A stretch of 64,000 nucleotides of DNA from Octopus sinensis (GCF_006345805.1 NC_043009.1:35836001-35900000), one strand, 5' to 3'; numbered from the stretch's first letter, positions 37,478 to 51,806 are shown. Translations and numbers: made by a program. Notes: generated from the sequence alone by a model not told the origin.

Positions 37478-37518
<41 letters not shown>

Positions 37519-37580
37519 AATATATACATATGTGCTACATGTATGCCTATACATACATACACACATACATACATACACAC

Positions 37581-37635
<55 letters not shown>

Positions 37636-38263
37636 TAGAAGGGTGTATATATTCGATGAATAATGAATGCTTCGTTGGATTAGAGATAAATATCGAAATC
37701 AATGTTGCTCATCATTCCATCTGTATAATAATGTACATCTGTCTCCCTCCATTATATTATATTTAATTAAGGAATCCAATATTCCATATGTAGTTGATTA
37801 TTATATACTATTCTACATACATATCTTGAGGTGATAAAAAATTATATTGTGACTTCTGTATTTTGATTTTCTTTATAATCGTCATCTTCATCAAATTAGC
37901 TGTTTTCTTTACATCTAGTTATGAGTTTTTTTTTATTATTTTATTATTAGTTCTACTATTCTAAACTGGGCTTTTCTATTTTGCACGTCATATCAGTTTC
38001 ACCGAAACCTAAATATCTGTTCGGATAATTTTGTTGTAAATCTGTGATTGCAGTGTTGGATCTAAATTTATGTTTCCAAGTTCACATAATTAGTTATATC
38101 TTACGATATCTTTCGCATAAATTCTGATAACTGACAAAGTCTCTTTGTAAGATTCTGTGGGGTTCATAATCGATTTCCTATTATAATTATTTCACTTCTT
38201 TATTCACCGTGTCACAAGCAATACTGTAATTACTTTGATTACGTACAATGCTTTCTTTCGTAT

Positions 38264-38419
38264 TTGTCTTCTTCTGCTACTACTACTACTATTAGTTTGT
38301 CTTCTTCTTCTTCTTCTTCTTCGTCTTCTTCTTCTTCTTCTTCTTCTTCTTCTTCTTCTTCTTCTTCTACTACTACTATTAATAGTAGTAGTGGTAGTCA
38401 CAGCAGCAGCAGCAGCACC

Positions 38420-38480
<61 letters not shown>
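38264..38480. repeat. Compound (CTT)n/(CTA)n/(TAG)n microsatellite
   Basis: Direct reading. Confidence 0.95.
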
Positions 38481-38939
38481 AATTGTTTAGAGTGCCGAGT
38501 ATGGTATGAGTGAATGAAAGTGATATAAAGAATGTCTATAGATTGGTGACCGTGACCCCTAACATAGGTACGCTCCAAAAAAGGGCGAGTACTTACGTTA
38601 GGAGGTCATGGGTCACGTTGATCGTAGTTTTTGTGGGATTTCTATCAGTAACCTTGAAATCTTCTTCTTGTTGAGAATTTCTTTTTTCAAATTTGTTATT
38701 ATTTGTTATGGATGTTTCTCTTTTTTACCTTTGTTAAATAAACCTGTAGCGTCCTCGTTCTTTTCGTCAACCTTTTCGGTTACAAAAGAAAGTGCTATTA
38801 CTACTGCTACTATTATTATTTCTTTTAAATCTGCATGTCTGATACAATCATTTGCCCTAATCCTAACCCAGTGCTCAAGGACAAGTGAAGATTAAGAGAC
38901 GTTTAAATATAACTGTCATCTTGAAGGGAGTAGGGAGAG

Positions 38940-40750
38940 CAGTACTGAAATACAGTCATATAATACAACACAAATATTTCAATTGATAGGGATGTTCTTA
39001 GAATTTTGGTTATGTTTGTCAACACAATTTTTTGATTTCTATGAGATATGGTTCTCCTGGGATATTGTCGATATTTCTGATATCCCATTTTTTTATCACA
39101 CCTAGGCTACCTACAATAACAGGAAGAGTTTTGCTTTTAGATACATCTTTTCTATTTCAATTTCCAGGTCTTCATATATACCCACCTTGACAAATTCCTT
39201 TACAGATATATTTACATCAATAGGGACACTTACATTAAACATTATTTTCTCTGTCTTTAATAATAATCTCGTCGGTTAGTCTGAAATGCTCTGTTAGTGT
39301 AGACTGTGAAATCCTAGAGGAAGGTGACATTTTTATCTTCAACCACTGGATAGTGTTCATATGCTTAACAAGGGTGTCGATTTGGTAGTGCTTGCACATT
39401 TTTCAGTGTAAAATTTGTCTTCCCTACATTGGAGAACATCATAGTCATTTGGTGTTAGCACAGGATGTGTATTAGTAAACAATCTTTGGTCTTGTGCCGC
39501 CAGTATGCAGCTTTCAGTCTCTACTTCCAATCATGAACACCTCGGTCGTTGATGGGTTTTTGCTTGGTCTAAATCAGCATTTTTACTTCAAAGAATATAT
39601 TCTCTCTACAGGATCATCTAGCTCGACCGCTCTTCAGTTTGTTCCTGCTCATTCTATTAAGGTATCTGTTTGATTTGTTTTGCTTGCTTAGTAACACAGG
39701 TTTCGGGTCCTTCATCTAATTCAGAGTTAATTTTAAGTTCCTTTGCAAATTTACAAGCTTCTTTGACAATAGAATGCCCCTTTTTGCTGCTGTCATGCTC
39801 GTATACAATCCGCAACATTGAATCCTCTAGTGGGGGTCTTATAGCAGTTTACCCATTGCATCAGGTAGATACACACGGTCAATATCAGCCTTACGGTGGT
39901 GAATGTTATTAAATGCTAATAATTTTCTTGTCTTTCTGATCATGCGTTAAAGTGCTGTTGGATTCCAATTCAGGGTACTAAAACTGTGCTGGATGACTAG
40001 AATTTCCAGGGTGTTAATGGATTCGATGTGATTTTCAGATTTAAGTTCAGTCTTCAATACTAGTCATGCTGCTACAGTATTCCTTTCTTATTTTTTCTTC
40101 CATAGTCATCTTCATTTATTCTCAGGTATTTATAATTTTCTTGTGGGTCAAGTTCCTTGATGGTAATGTCAATATCTAATTTAATGGACGTTGTTTGTCT
40201 GAGCTTGCCTCTTACAAAAGTTGCTTAAGCACACTTGCCGAGGTCAAAATCCACTCCGATGTCAATGCTAACTACTTTAACAGTGGTAAACAAGCCTTTC
40301 TGTTTCCTAGTGTCTCTGTTTTGTGAGAATCTGACGACGACAGGAGGGATCTTATATATGTGAAGTAACCATTTATGTGGGACACTATCAATCGCTTTCC
40401 TGTATTCTATACATGCCCTACACAGATTTTTATTTCTGTGGCAATATTCTAAAACCATAATATTTATGAGAAATTGGTCATTGCACCCTTGGGAATTTCT
40501 TTTACTGCCTTGTTGAGCTTGTGGAATGATAGAGTTCTACTCAAAAAAAGAATAAATTGTTTCAGTTATTGCGGATGTGAAAATCTTGTAATTGGTATTG
40601 AGACTTGTTATTGGTCGGTAATTTTTCGGGATACTGTATCATCAGAGTTAGATAGTAAGTTAGTTCCTTCAGTCAACCAGGTATGTATTTGCTCTGGCTT
40701 CTGAATGATATTAGTTAGAGACAGAGTAAGATTTTCGTATACTTTTGTAA
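38940..40750 (-). pseudogene. Decayed, internally deleted R4/Dong-type RLE non-LTR element
   Basis: Minus-strand peptides WLTEGT...YRPITSLNTNYKIF; CIEYRKAIDSVPHKWL; FDLGKCA; ETESCILAAQDQRL; DLEIEIEKM...PVIVGSLGVIKK. Confidence 0.88.
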
Positions 40751-41059
40751 AAAAAAAAATGCAGCCGGAAATTGGGGATCCGGTGTAGAATTGGGAGATT
40801 TTAGGAGCACGCCCTAGAATTTTGTTCCAATTGCCTCCCAGTCCTCTTCTTCACATTCGACCAGTCTCCCTTTCTCGTGTTCTATACAGTCATCTTCACC
40901 ATTAAACTCTTCTTCCTTGCTCCATATCTTCTTCTATAACCCGTCCACTTCCTCAATTTTCGGTGATTCCCTTACCTCTGTCTTACTTTGGTCAATTTCC
41001 CAATAGAATATATTATTATAATATATAATAATAATAATCATAATGATGATGATGATGAT

Positions 41060-41410
41060 ATCTTCATGCAATACCGTGCACTGGCTCTCAGGACTTCATA
41101 GCTGTGATGAGAGTAATTCTTTGGGGTGTGAATAATACACCTCTGGAAACGTGGGTGCTCCGTTCAACATCCTTAAACAACCCTTATTCAGGGACCTTTA
41201 GAGTGGGATGGGCTATTCGACCGGAAGAAAGTTCTAACTGGGCCCCCATCTGCAAGGTTATGCACTGTTCATCTTCATATAAGATTATCATGTGCGCACA
41301 AATGGTCGTGATGCATGTGCCTGGTGTACCCTTATCAGACGCGTAGTCATGATAGGTATAATTGGGCTTCGTATATTTGTACCCCAGTGTCACTTTAATA
41401 GCATGCGCTG
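41060..41410. mobile_element. GC-richer interspersed repeat of unresolved class between TAA/TGA tracts
   Basis: Compositionally distinct block of about 350 bp bounded by trinucleotide runs. No second copy in the window. Class not determined. Confidence 0.35.
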
Positions 41411-43395
41411 CTCTCGCAATAATAATGATAATAAGTCAGTCAGCTGGCAGAATCCTATCAGCGTCTACATTTGTATGCATTGCGGTATTTCGTCGTTGTC
41501 ATTATTCGAAGACTAGCTTTGGTTTTCATACTTCTGGAATCTATGAAATAAAGTTTCATTCAACTAATGAAATTGATGATACTGATTAACCCTTAGAATT
41601 GCTCATCTTGCGTCTAAATCAGAAGCAATTATTATTAATGGCACGTTAATTTTGGAGAAATCTTTATTTTTGTAATTACTACCTTTATCATTAGCTTTCG
41701 TAGTAACTGCCACGGGGTGATTTCTGAAAGCAGAGACAATTGCAATAATCAAGGAGTTATCCAGTAAGTAGTTAATATAACTGTTTTTGTCTTTGTTGTT
41801 CAAATAGATGCCAGTAACGACAGTTATTGTTCTTAGCTAATGGTCATTTTATTCCTATATTTATATGTGCGTATGTGCATGAACGTTTGTGTACATAAAT
41901 ATATATGTGCGTCAGCATTTGCGTGTGTGCGTGCATATGTGTGTGTGTGCATGTTCCTATGTGTGTGGAGGTGTATGTGTGTGGGAGTTGGGGATTGAGT
42001 GATTTTAGCATTCGTTGCCACTGTTCTATTAGGCAACATCAGTGGGATTAATGTTGATATTACAGCCAAAATTGCTATCTTTAAGAGTTGTTCGTCATTA
42101 TTCAAGTAGTCTTTTGTGCGGTTAGTGTATATATGTTATACATTAGTGTATAAATATTGTATATTAATGTATGTGCTGTGCTTGAATAATATCACATACA
42201 TTAGTGGATACATGTTGTATATTAATGTACGTGATGTGCTTGAATATCACAGACATCTTTAAACAAATCTTTTGTGAGAAATTCTGTAAAGTATATATTT
42301 TTTTACCAAGGTTTTCCTGTATAGTGGTTGTATTTTGTAGTTCATTCTATAGAGCGAAAGAGAGAAATGGTATGGCCAATGTAACTGTTGAAACAATTTT
42401 CGCCTTCATATAGAAATATTTAAATACTATTCGTCATCAGCAGGTTGCTCACAGACCGACAGTCTTGTGAATTTTATTGGTAAATAGTATTAATTTTTAG
42501 TGTTCCTTTGTAGTATATTATTAGTATCCAGTGCACTAAACTTATATTAAGTGAATACTAAAATGAAGCATTTTTTGATCAAGAACAGATCAGATGGGTG
42601 TAATCCCCTAACAAAGATAATATTTTACTAATTTAATATACAAATCTTCTTAGTATCGTTAAGTATGTAAAGTTCACGATTCTAACAGATATAATGGTTT
42701 TACAGAGACGACATGCTTCAACAGGATCACCATGACATTACAACAAAGTACATTTGTAATGCACTGCATAACAAAACACAATACAAAATATTTAGGAACA
42801 TTGCCTAAAAAAACATTTCTTATCTCAGCACATCACATTCCTAAAACTAAATACAAATATAGATTTTATGAGCCAACCACAAAAACAAAAACTCGTGACA
42901 AATAAATCTAACGGACAACGCTGAAATCCTGATGGTAACGTCAGCAAAAATCACAAAAGCTCTGTCTACTACAAAATAGAAGCAACCCACAATAAATTCA
43001 CTTTATCAGATGTCGCCGAAGACGTCTAGAATCAGGATAGTCATTTGCGGATTCTGCTGTAAAAAGATAAATACTTCACGGAACTCGTGTTTGAAAGACT
43101 ATGATAACACAGTCGTGTTTTCAATACAAGATTAGAACAACAACTGTTTCCATAGTTAAATAGACATGAAGAGAATGAGTCTGTAAATGACATAGGGTAA
43201 AATTAATGAAGCTAAATGTTTAGATAGCTATGTACGTCTGCTTTTAATGGCGAATATAAACTCTACAGCCAAGATATATACACTCACATACGCACACGCA
43301 TACACACACACAAATATATATACACATGTAGATGTGTGTGTGTATATATATACAGATAGATATGTAAATAGCTAGTTAGATAGATGTATATATAT

Positions 43396-43438
<43 letters not shown>

Positions 43439-43622
43439 ATGATATATATATATATGTACGTATATACAATGAGAACGTTGTTGTTTTTGCTTTTTATTTA
43501 AATTTCTTTTTCAATTTCCTTGAGAGTTAATAGGATATTGAAAGTAGATTTCCTTCGATCATCCTTGCTGAAATATGTGATATTCTGTCAACTATTGATA
43601 AAAATTCAGTGTAATTTGTTTT

Positions 43623-43660
<38 letters not shown>

Positions 43661-45357
43661 TTTTCTAAATACTTTTTAAAACTTTTTGGCTTTCATCTAT
43701 TATTACACGTCGTGCGTTCATTGTTAGAAAGAATTTAATGGAGAAGGGAAGCTTTTAAATGCTTTCAGACTGTTGATTTGCGTTTCCTCACGATCATTTG
43801 TCTAGCGATGATAGTATTTACTTCATTACTAAGCATTGTTTTCCTTTCTGTATAATCTTAGAACCGTCAAAGCAGGCTTGAAATCATCCGCGTGGCTTTC
43901 CTTCTGTTTAAAACCCTGCCAGTGTCGACTCTGAATTTCATTGCTCTGCCTTCGGGATCTGATAAATTAACCAAGTACTGCAATAATATTCACCAAATAT
44001 ACGCTGCCTTAGCTTTTGTTCCGCCATATAAGACACGAAAATGGGCTCACCATTAAATTTTGTACTCAACTTCCTGATGGAGTGGTAAAGTTTCGTTTCT
44101 AGCACACAGCGGGTTGTTGGCATCCTTCTCCATGTTGGCATCCTTCTTCAGAAATGGAAACAAACAGAAAGACACTAGAGAGATGAAGAACTTTAGAAAG
44201 AAATTGAAATGTTGATCTCCTTACAGGACTGGTTCTCTATTTCCCGTCTTCAGAATGGTGAAACGCAAAGTTGACCTCGATGGAATTTGATCATAGACTG
44301 CAGGAATCTGGGGCGAATACTGAAAAGCAATGTATTCGACAATCTAAGGACTCGGACAATTGGGGCTCATAATGAAGGAGTATGTTCAATTGAATACACA
44401 TCATTTCGCTCTATTAAAATATAGACGTACAGTTTCAATGGGGTGATTTTTAGTTGCACTCTCCTTCAGTTTTCAGCCTACTGTAATAAAGAGGTACCGT
44501 TAATTCTATCATTAGATTTCATGAAGCAGTATATAGTGTAAATTAGCTTTAAATGTCTACGCTGTATGCCTGGTATCGTTCTTCGCTTGCTGCTATTGAA
44601 CCTCTTAATACCAACCGTATCTCTCGATGTCAATGTCCGACCAGTCTTGGGAGATTCTTCAATTGCAATCTGGCTATCCAAAAGAGTGTTGAGGATCACA
44701 TTTGGTAATGTCAAGTAATATCATTCTAGCTGCAGTAATGATTTTGCATTTATTTCGATGGAATATGTAATTTATATGTAGCTACAGAAGGCATATCTAA
44801 TAATGACAGAAAGGTTAGTGCTTAAATAGTTAATGTATAATTGGTCGAAACTTAATTTAGTTTTCATTCTCGAATTTTGTTTTTCCTGAAGACGATCCTT
44901 TTAAATTTATTGCTCGTAAAATCTGTATTCTAATCATATAGTATTTAAGGTGGCAAAGTTTAAACTAAGCTTGCCGAAACCTAAGCTGGACAACGTTGTA
45001 ATTATTCCGTATTCGAAACTTGTTATAATCAGTTGTGATTGTAGTTAGAGATTTTCTGTGTGTATATTCTGTTCTCGTTAAATTATAGGCTTTCTTGCCT
45101 GTATGTTGATATCTGTTGGATTAGTGGCAACGATATTGTACAGCTTATGATTTTAAAAATATACCTAGTATCTCTTTTCTATTCTTATCCATGATGTGGC
45201 ATTTCAGACTGTTGCAGACAACTAAACCATCATCTCTATATTATACGGAAACTAATAATTTCGTTAATATTATCTGATATGAATGTGGTCACACCTCCAG
45301 CCCATACAAACACCTCTTCTAATGTGCTGAAATCGAATGGAATTCAATCGTTTCCGT

Positions 45358-46234
45358 TGATGACTGAGGGCTTCGAATGTCCCGTCCTGTGGTTCTTGTG
45401 TCGTCTCTGTGGTGTTTCATGTTCTTGTCCATGTCTGTAATTAATTTTACTGTTTACCTATATAATCGGCGGCTACGTATCCACAATTGTCCTTATACGA
45501 TAAGTATATTTTTTTTTCTCAAGCTTTGATACGACTCTTAATCTGTCTCTTTTTCTCTCTCTCTCTCTCCTCCCTTATTCCACTTCCTTTCTTTCCCTCT
45601 CCATCCGTCCCCCCCCTTTCTACGTTTCTCTATCTCTCTCACCTCCAGCCCCCTCGATCTGTCTCTTTCTTCTCCTCCCTCGTCCACCTTCTCTCCCTTT
45701 TCATCTGTCCCTTTCTCCTGTCTTTTGTTCTCACGTGACAGCTAGCCGTTGTTGAGCGCTCTTTTCGTTTTCAGCAGCCTCAGAAGCAACACGTATTTGT
45801 TCGTCTCCCCGTGGCCTTTAGGCACAACTTCACAAGCCTGCCCCATACTCAAATCGTCCTGTCGAAAGACCCTTGTCCTACGTCCTGGTTTTGTTTTGTT
45901 GTTTATTTTTTATTTTTACCGTTATTGTTTTTACGTTTTTGTATTCTTATTGGTGTCACGTATTCTGTATTTTTGTTTGTGTACTTCGATCGTTTTCCGT
46001 CCTTTCGTTGTATACATTCGAAGCTTTCTTCCAGGGGATCTGATGCGCTTGGCTTAGATTTCCCTTGGCGGGCTGGCCATATCGGAGCAATCTCAAGATT
46101 AATCAGCCGAAATTGCTAAGATGATCTGGTTCTTGACTGATGACTGAGGGCTTCGAATGTCCCGTCCTGTGGTTCTTGTGTCGTCTCTGTGGTGTTTCAT
46201 GTTCTTGTCCATGTCTGTAATTAATTTTACTGTT

Positions 46235-46237
<3 letters not shown>
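45358..46237 (+). mobile_element. 880-bp non-coding element with identical 100-bp terminal direct repeats (pseudo-LTR-like)
   Basis: 45358-45457 equals 46138-46237 (tgatgactgagggcttcgaatg...aattttactgtttac). Followed by (TA)n. Confidence 0.85.
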
Positions 46238-46273
<36 letters not shown>

Positions 46274-46797
46274 CAAAACATTCAAACACTGAGATTTGAA
46301 ATCAAATGTCACTACTGTTCATATCATCTGTTGATGAATTATAAATTTGTACGAAGCGTAAGAATGCTTAATAAGCATCCACCTGCTAGAAATAAGAGCT
46401 AAAGTCTTAAATTTATTCACCATACCGCACCAAGATAACAGAGAAAAACAGTATGCGAGGAAAACAAAGAATTAAAACATTTAACAGCACAAATAAAAAT
46501 ATCATGCAATTAAGGATATCCACAAACCAGGTTTCGGCTTCTGATTATTTAAACCCTGAGCCTCGTCAGTGTGGCCTACCGGGTCATAATCCATATATGT
46601 GTGTGTGTGTGTGTGTGTGTGTTGTGTGTGTGTGTGTGTGTGTGTGTATGCGTGTGTGTGTCCTTTAAGCCTGTTTAGGGAAACGTTTTTGAGTATGCAT
46701 ATAAAAGTTATTTTATTATGACGGCTGCGGCCTAATGTTACTAACTTGCAACAACAGTTTTATGGTGTTTTACCGATCTGTGCTGATATAACGTAGG

Positions 46798-46873
<76 letters not shown>

Positions 46874-46881
46874 TGATGATG

Positions 46882-46911
<30 letters not shown>

Positions 46912-46913
<2 letters not shown>

Positions 46914-48843
46914 CCACACATGGATCCTCGAAACACTAGCCATTAACAAAGTAGCACCAACAATCATAAAATTCATAGAGCACTCTATGAATAAATGGCA
47001 AACAGTCCTACACCTCCAAACAAAAGAGGGACTCATGAAAACCAAAGACATCCCCATTAGAAGAGGAATATTCCAGGGAGACACGCTCTCTCCACTCCTT
47101 TTCTGCTTGGCACTGTCACCTCTATCTGATATGCTAAATAGAACTGGATGCGGATATAAATGTTACGGCAAAACGATCAGCCACCTTTTATATATGGATG
47201 ACCTAAAACTATACGCTGCAAATGACAAACAGCTGGAAACACTATTAAAGACAGTTCATGGATTTACCAAAGAAATAGCTATGAAATTTGGATTAGAAAA
47301 ATGCGCCAAAGTAACCCTGAAAAGAGGAAAACTAGTTAAGAGTAACAACATCACACTAGATAAAACCAATGAAATAAAAGAATTAGACCAAAGCCAAACT
47401 TACAAATACTTAGGAATCCATGAACTAGATAAGACACAACACACACAAATGAAAGAGAAAATAAAAAAAGAATATTATAGACGAGTTAGATCAATACTAA
47501 ACACAGAGCTCAATGCTAAAAACAAGATAATAGGTATCAACACTTTAGCTGTCCCAGTTATAAGTTACAGCTACAATATCCTTAACTGGACACGAAATGA
47601 ACTGACCAAAATAGATAGGAAAACAAGAAAAATAATGACAGGATCTAGGATGCATCACCCAAAATCTGACATAGAAAGACTATATATACAACGTATAGAA
47701 GGTGGTAGAGGCCTTATACAGCTGGAAAACTACTATAAAATAACCACCATAGGACTGCAAAAATATCTACTTCAGAAGGAAGGAAAACTGATCCAGATAG
47801 CGGCAAAACACGAGCAAAACAAAAAACTGTTCTCAGTATTTAAGGAAGCTGACAAATACAAACAAGAAATCATACCACCTAATAAACATGAAGAAGAAGA
47901 AGAAGATGAAGAAACAACAAAAGCTATAAAACAAATGAAATCCAAACTAAAAATAGAACAGCAACGAACCATGATAAAACGATGGCAAGAAAAGCCCCTT
48001 CATGGTAAATACTGGACTAAACTAAACGCAAAAAATAGACAAAAAAAAATCCCAGCAATGGTTGAGAAGCTCAGGACTCAAAGCAGAAACAGAGGGATTT
48101 TTAATTGCAGCACAAGACCAAAGCCTCCCCACCAGAAATTACCAAAAACATGTAATGAAAAGAAATATTACAAGTAACTGCAGAATATGTGGAGATGGAC
48201 AAGAAAAATAAATCATATTATCTCTAGCTGCCCAGTCTTGGCTAAGAAGGAATATATTCACAGACATGACAGAGTTGGAACCTACATACATTGGAAGCTA
48301 TGCCAACATTATGGAAAACAACAGAAAAAAGATGGTATAGGCACACACCAGAAAAGGTCACAGAAAACGAGAAAGCAACCATACTCTGGATATGCCGATA
48401 CACACAGATAGAGAAATTAAGCCAACAGACCAGATATAGTTGTCAGAGATCATGAAGAAAAAAAATGCTTTCTAATTGATGTATCAATACCGGCTGATGA
48501 CAACGTGTCTCTAAAAGAAATGGAGAAACTCTCAAAATACAAAGACCTGGAAATAGAGGTAACTAGAATGTGGAATCTGAAAACAGAAACAATTCCTATC
48601 ATAGTAGGTGCATTAGGCATGATAAAAAAATTCAGACAAATACATAACAAAAACACCAGGACTTACAAACACATATAACATACAGAAAATTGCACTACTA
48701 GGCACTGCACACATCCTACGCAGAACACTTTCCATACAATAACCATCAGAGCATCACAACAATCACAGCACATACCCAAGGCACACAGAGCTGTGCTCGT
48801 AGTAGTGAAGTGAAAGCACGCTATAAAAATAAAACTACTGAAT
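46912..48843 (+). mobile_element. Young 5'-truncated R4/Dong-type RLE non-LTR retrotransposon in a (TAA)n tract
   Basis: RT motifs RRGIFQGDTLSPLLF, HLLYMDDLKLYA, FGLEKC, YKYLG; then ETEGFLIAAQDQ; CCHC CRIC..HIISSC; RHDRV; RLE NRPDIVV..DVSIP..KE.EKLSKY. (TAA)n on both sides (46798-46911, 48844-48916). Confidence 0.97.
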
Positions 48844-48844
48844 G

Positions 48845-48916
<72 letters not shown>

Positions 48917-49345
48917 GTGGGACTTCAACATTCAAACTGACAGAGTAATAGAAGCTAGAAGGACTGATTTAGTAGTTGTAGTAGATAACGAGAATAGAAC
49001 GTGCCAGATAATTGACTTTACAATCCCAAATAATGACAACATTAATATGAGAAGTATAGAAAAAATAGCAGAGTACCAGGACCTAGCCATTGAATTAGAG
49101 AGACTATGGAAAGTGCGGGTAAAATGTGTCCCAGTAGTTATAGGTGCATTGGTAAATATCCCTAAATATCAGAACAAATGGCAAGATGAAATCGGTATAA
49201 AGCCCTGTTTAGTGCAGCTCCAGAAAACAGTGTTATTAGAGACAGCTAGGATACTTAGGAGGGTTCTCGGCATCGAAGGTTACTTGTAGCCCAATGCTAG
49301 GAATTTTTCTTTTCCAATACTCAAATCTGTTGAGTGTATATGAAA
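48917..49345 (+). mobile_element. Second R4/Dong-type family, RLE-only 3' fragment
   Basis: WDFNIQTDRVIEARRTDLVVV...IDFTIP..RSIEKIAEYQDLAIELERLW..VPVVIGAL...LLETARILRRVL*. Confidence 0.9.
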
Positions 49346-49368
49346 AAAATAATAATGATACTAATAAT

Positions 49369-49735
49369 AACAAGAGCACTCAGCGGGCGCAAACTTTCGC
49401 CAAGGCAACACCAACGTCCTCTCAACGATTAGCCAGAGATGATTTTTAAAATGAGAATTTCTGAAATAAACTCGACTGCTCTCACAAACGAAAATACTAA
49501 AAATGAACCCAACCGCTCTCAAAAATTAAGTACAAAAGAGGAAAAATTATCCAGAATCTTTTCTGACACTGGCTATAACTTGTTCGTGCCAGTCATGAGG
49601 CCAAAGCATCCCTGAAAATTTGATCAGAATCCATCCAGCGGTTCTTGAGATATCTTGTCCACGGATAAACAAACAAACAAACAAACAAATGCGACTGAAA
49701 ACAATACCTCCGCCTTCGCGAAGGGGGTGGTGGTA
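49369..49735 (+). mobile_element. HINE/pearl-like (Helentron-associated) non-autonomous element
   Basis: aacaagagcact start, (CAAA)n microsatellite near the 3' end, terminal palindrome ccttcgcgaagg. Inserted in a TAA tract. Confidence 0.6.
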
Positions 49736-49738
49736 ATG

Positions 49739-49791
<53 letters not shown>

Positions 49792-50454
49792 TATCCAGAG
49801 ACTTTAGGCTTGCAACTATAGTCCGTATTCCTGGGATGGTTACAGTACAATCCGCAATATCCATAGACATCAGGTATGTCTTAGTTCATGTATTCATTTC
49901 TTTGGGCGATATAGCGTTAAAGTTGAAAGTAACAAATGTTCAACTGAAGGATACCTATCAATTTTCATAAATCAAGAGGTTCATTGGGTTATGTGGGCAG
50001 TTCTGTGTGTATTTGGAAGTAAATAATAGAAGGTGAAGGAAAGAGAGAAAGGAATGGTAATGATAAAGGAGAAAGGGAGTGTGTGTTGAGGCTAGGCTTG
50101 TCTTGATATTTATGTGTACACATGTTGCGATAGTGGTGTAGGTCACAGCAAGCACTTCCTGAAGGAATTAGAATGTTGTACAGACAGGAAGCAAACTGGT
50201 GTTGAAGTTCATTATCTGAGTTTACAAATGATGTTCCCTTAAAGGGTCCTTTTATTTACATGTTGTGGGAAATAATGTTTCTTTTTGTTTAGTTCCGTTA
50301 GATGTTAATGACGGTTAAAGTATCTGTTTCATAATGTTCTTTTCGACTTCTAGGATGGATGCCATGATCTTATGTTTGCATGATATAATTACTTCTGAAT
50401 GTCTATTAATTATACGTTCCCTGGATGCGTTGATCTCCTGGGTTTCCACCGGTT

Positions 50455-50890
50455 CACGACAATACTTCCCCTTACATCAACTTACTTAAAAAAATAATTT
50501 GCCGTTTAGTCTAACAACACGAATATTCACAATAATATGAAACTCTGATACAAGAGACAGAAGAATAAGCGAAATGAAGACAATACTTGTCATAAGAAAA
50601 TACCCAACAAAATTAATTGAATTTGTTATTCAGAAAACCAAATAAATTAACTTCGGAGAACAACATTCAAAAGATGACAGAAATACTATTCCATATATTA
50701 CAACTTTTATACCATGGAACAACAAAAATTTTCACCAATATACATCTAAACCAACCAATATTCTTATAGGACCAAAACTGAAAAATCTTCGAAAAAACAT
50801 CCAATTATGAAAGGCAAGATGCAATCAATATCACTCAAAATTATATTGACCAATGCAAAGCTACAAGCACAAACTGCAGACCGCAAGGTA
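50455..50890 (+). pseudogene. PLE RT thumb/linker fragment
   Basis: NLPFSLTTRIFTII...RISEMKTILVIRKYPTKLIEFVIQKTK...TIPYITTF.P.N...SLKIILTNAK (cf. NIPFSLARRI..L..R.YP..LID / IPFVTTxNP / NLKxILTxAK). Confidence 0.75.
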
Positions 50891-51593
50891 AGTAATTATA
50901 ACCGACCAAACTGCGGAATATGTAACTAACTACCTCCTGGAGGGTCCCTAGTTACAATCCACTGAGAGATCTGCTTTCAGAATTAAAAGCAACACGCATG
51001 CAATTGGGGAAACTTAATGTGTTTTCTATGTGAAGGTGGCTGAGAACACTAAATCGGACGAAAGGGTATGACACTAATTAAAGGAATGTATATGTACGCC
51101 AGTATATATTCCGTTAAACAAAAATACGAAAACATTCTGTGAAAGCAAATTTTATAGTTTTATTTTCATAGATGTAATACATAGAATAAGACTGTTTTCG
51201 CTTATGTTAAAGTATTAAAAAGTTAATCGCACACAACTTATATTTGTATGTAAGACATTTGACGCACCTTCAACTTTTTCTCAGTACACACATACACACA
51301 CACACATGAAATGGAGTATGGAACATCTGGGCTACATATGTTTCATAGCGAGTAGATCCCGGACGTGGTAAACACTGAGAGAGGTGTATACCGCTGGCTA
51401 CTCTTCAAGCCAATCGCATCTTGATTACATTAAAACCTAAATTGTCGCAAGGAGGTACATATTGTATTATATTGTACTATTATAAGAATATAATATAATA
51501 TACCATTATGCTAATAAATTTTTAATTTTATCTTTGAATTGCCAATTATTATACTTCTCCATTTAATATTCATTTATATATATATATATATAT

Positions 51594-51741
51594 ATTCTTT
51601 TACTTCTTTTACATGTTTCAGTCATTTGAGAGCAGCAATGATGGAGCAACACCTTGAGGGTTTAGCTACAGGGTTTTAAACTCAACAACACCGCTTGTCA
51701 AGCAGTAATGGAGAGCAAGCAAAGAAACAAGCACACACACA

Positions 51742-51806
<65 letters not shown>

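Noticed and set aside
46870-48177. 435-aa ORF as a host gene or full-length RT
   Set aside because: The start lies inside a microsatellite, the element is 5'-truncated, and the frame shifts before the CCHC/RLE domains.
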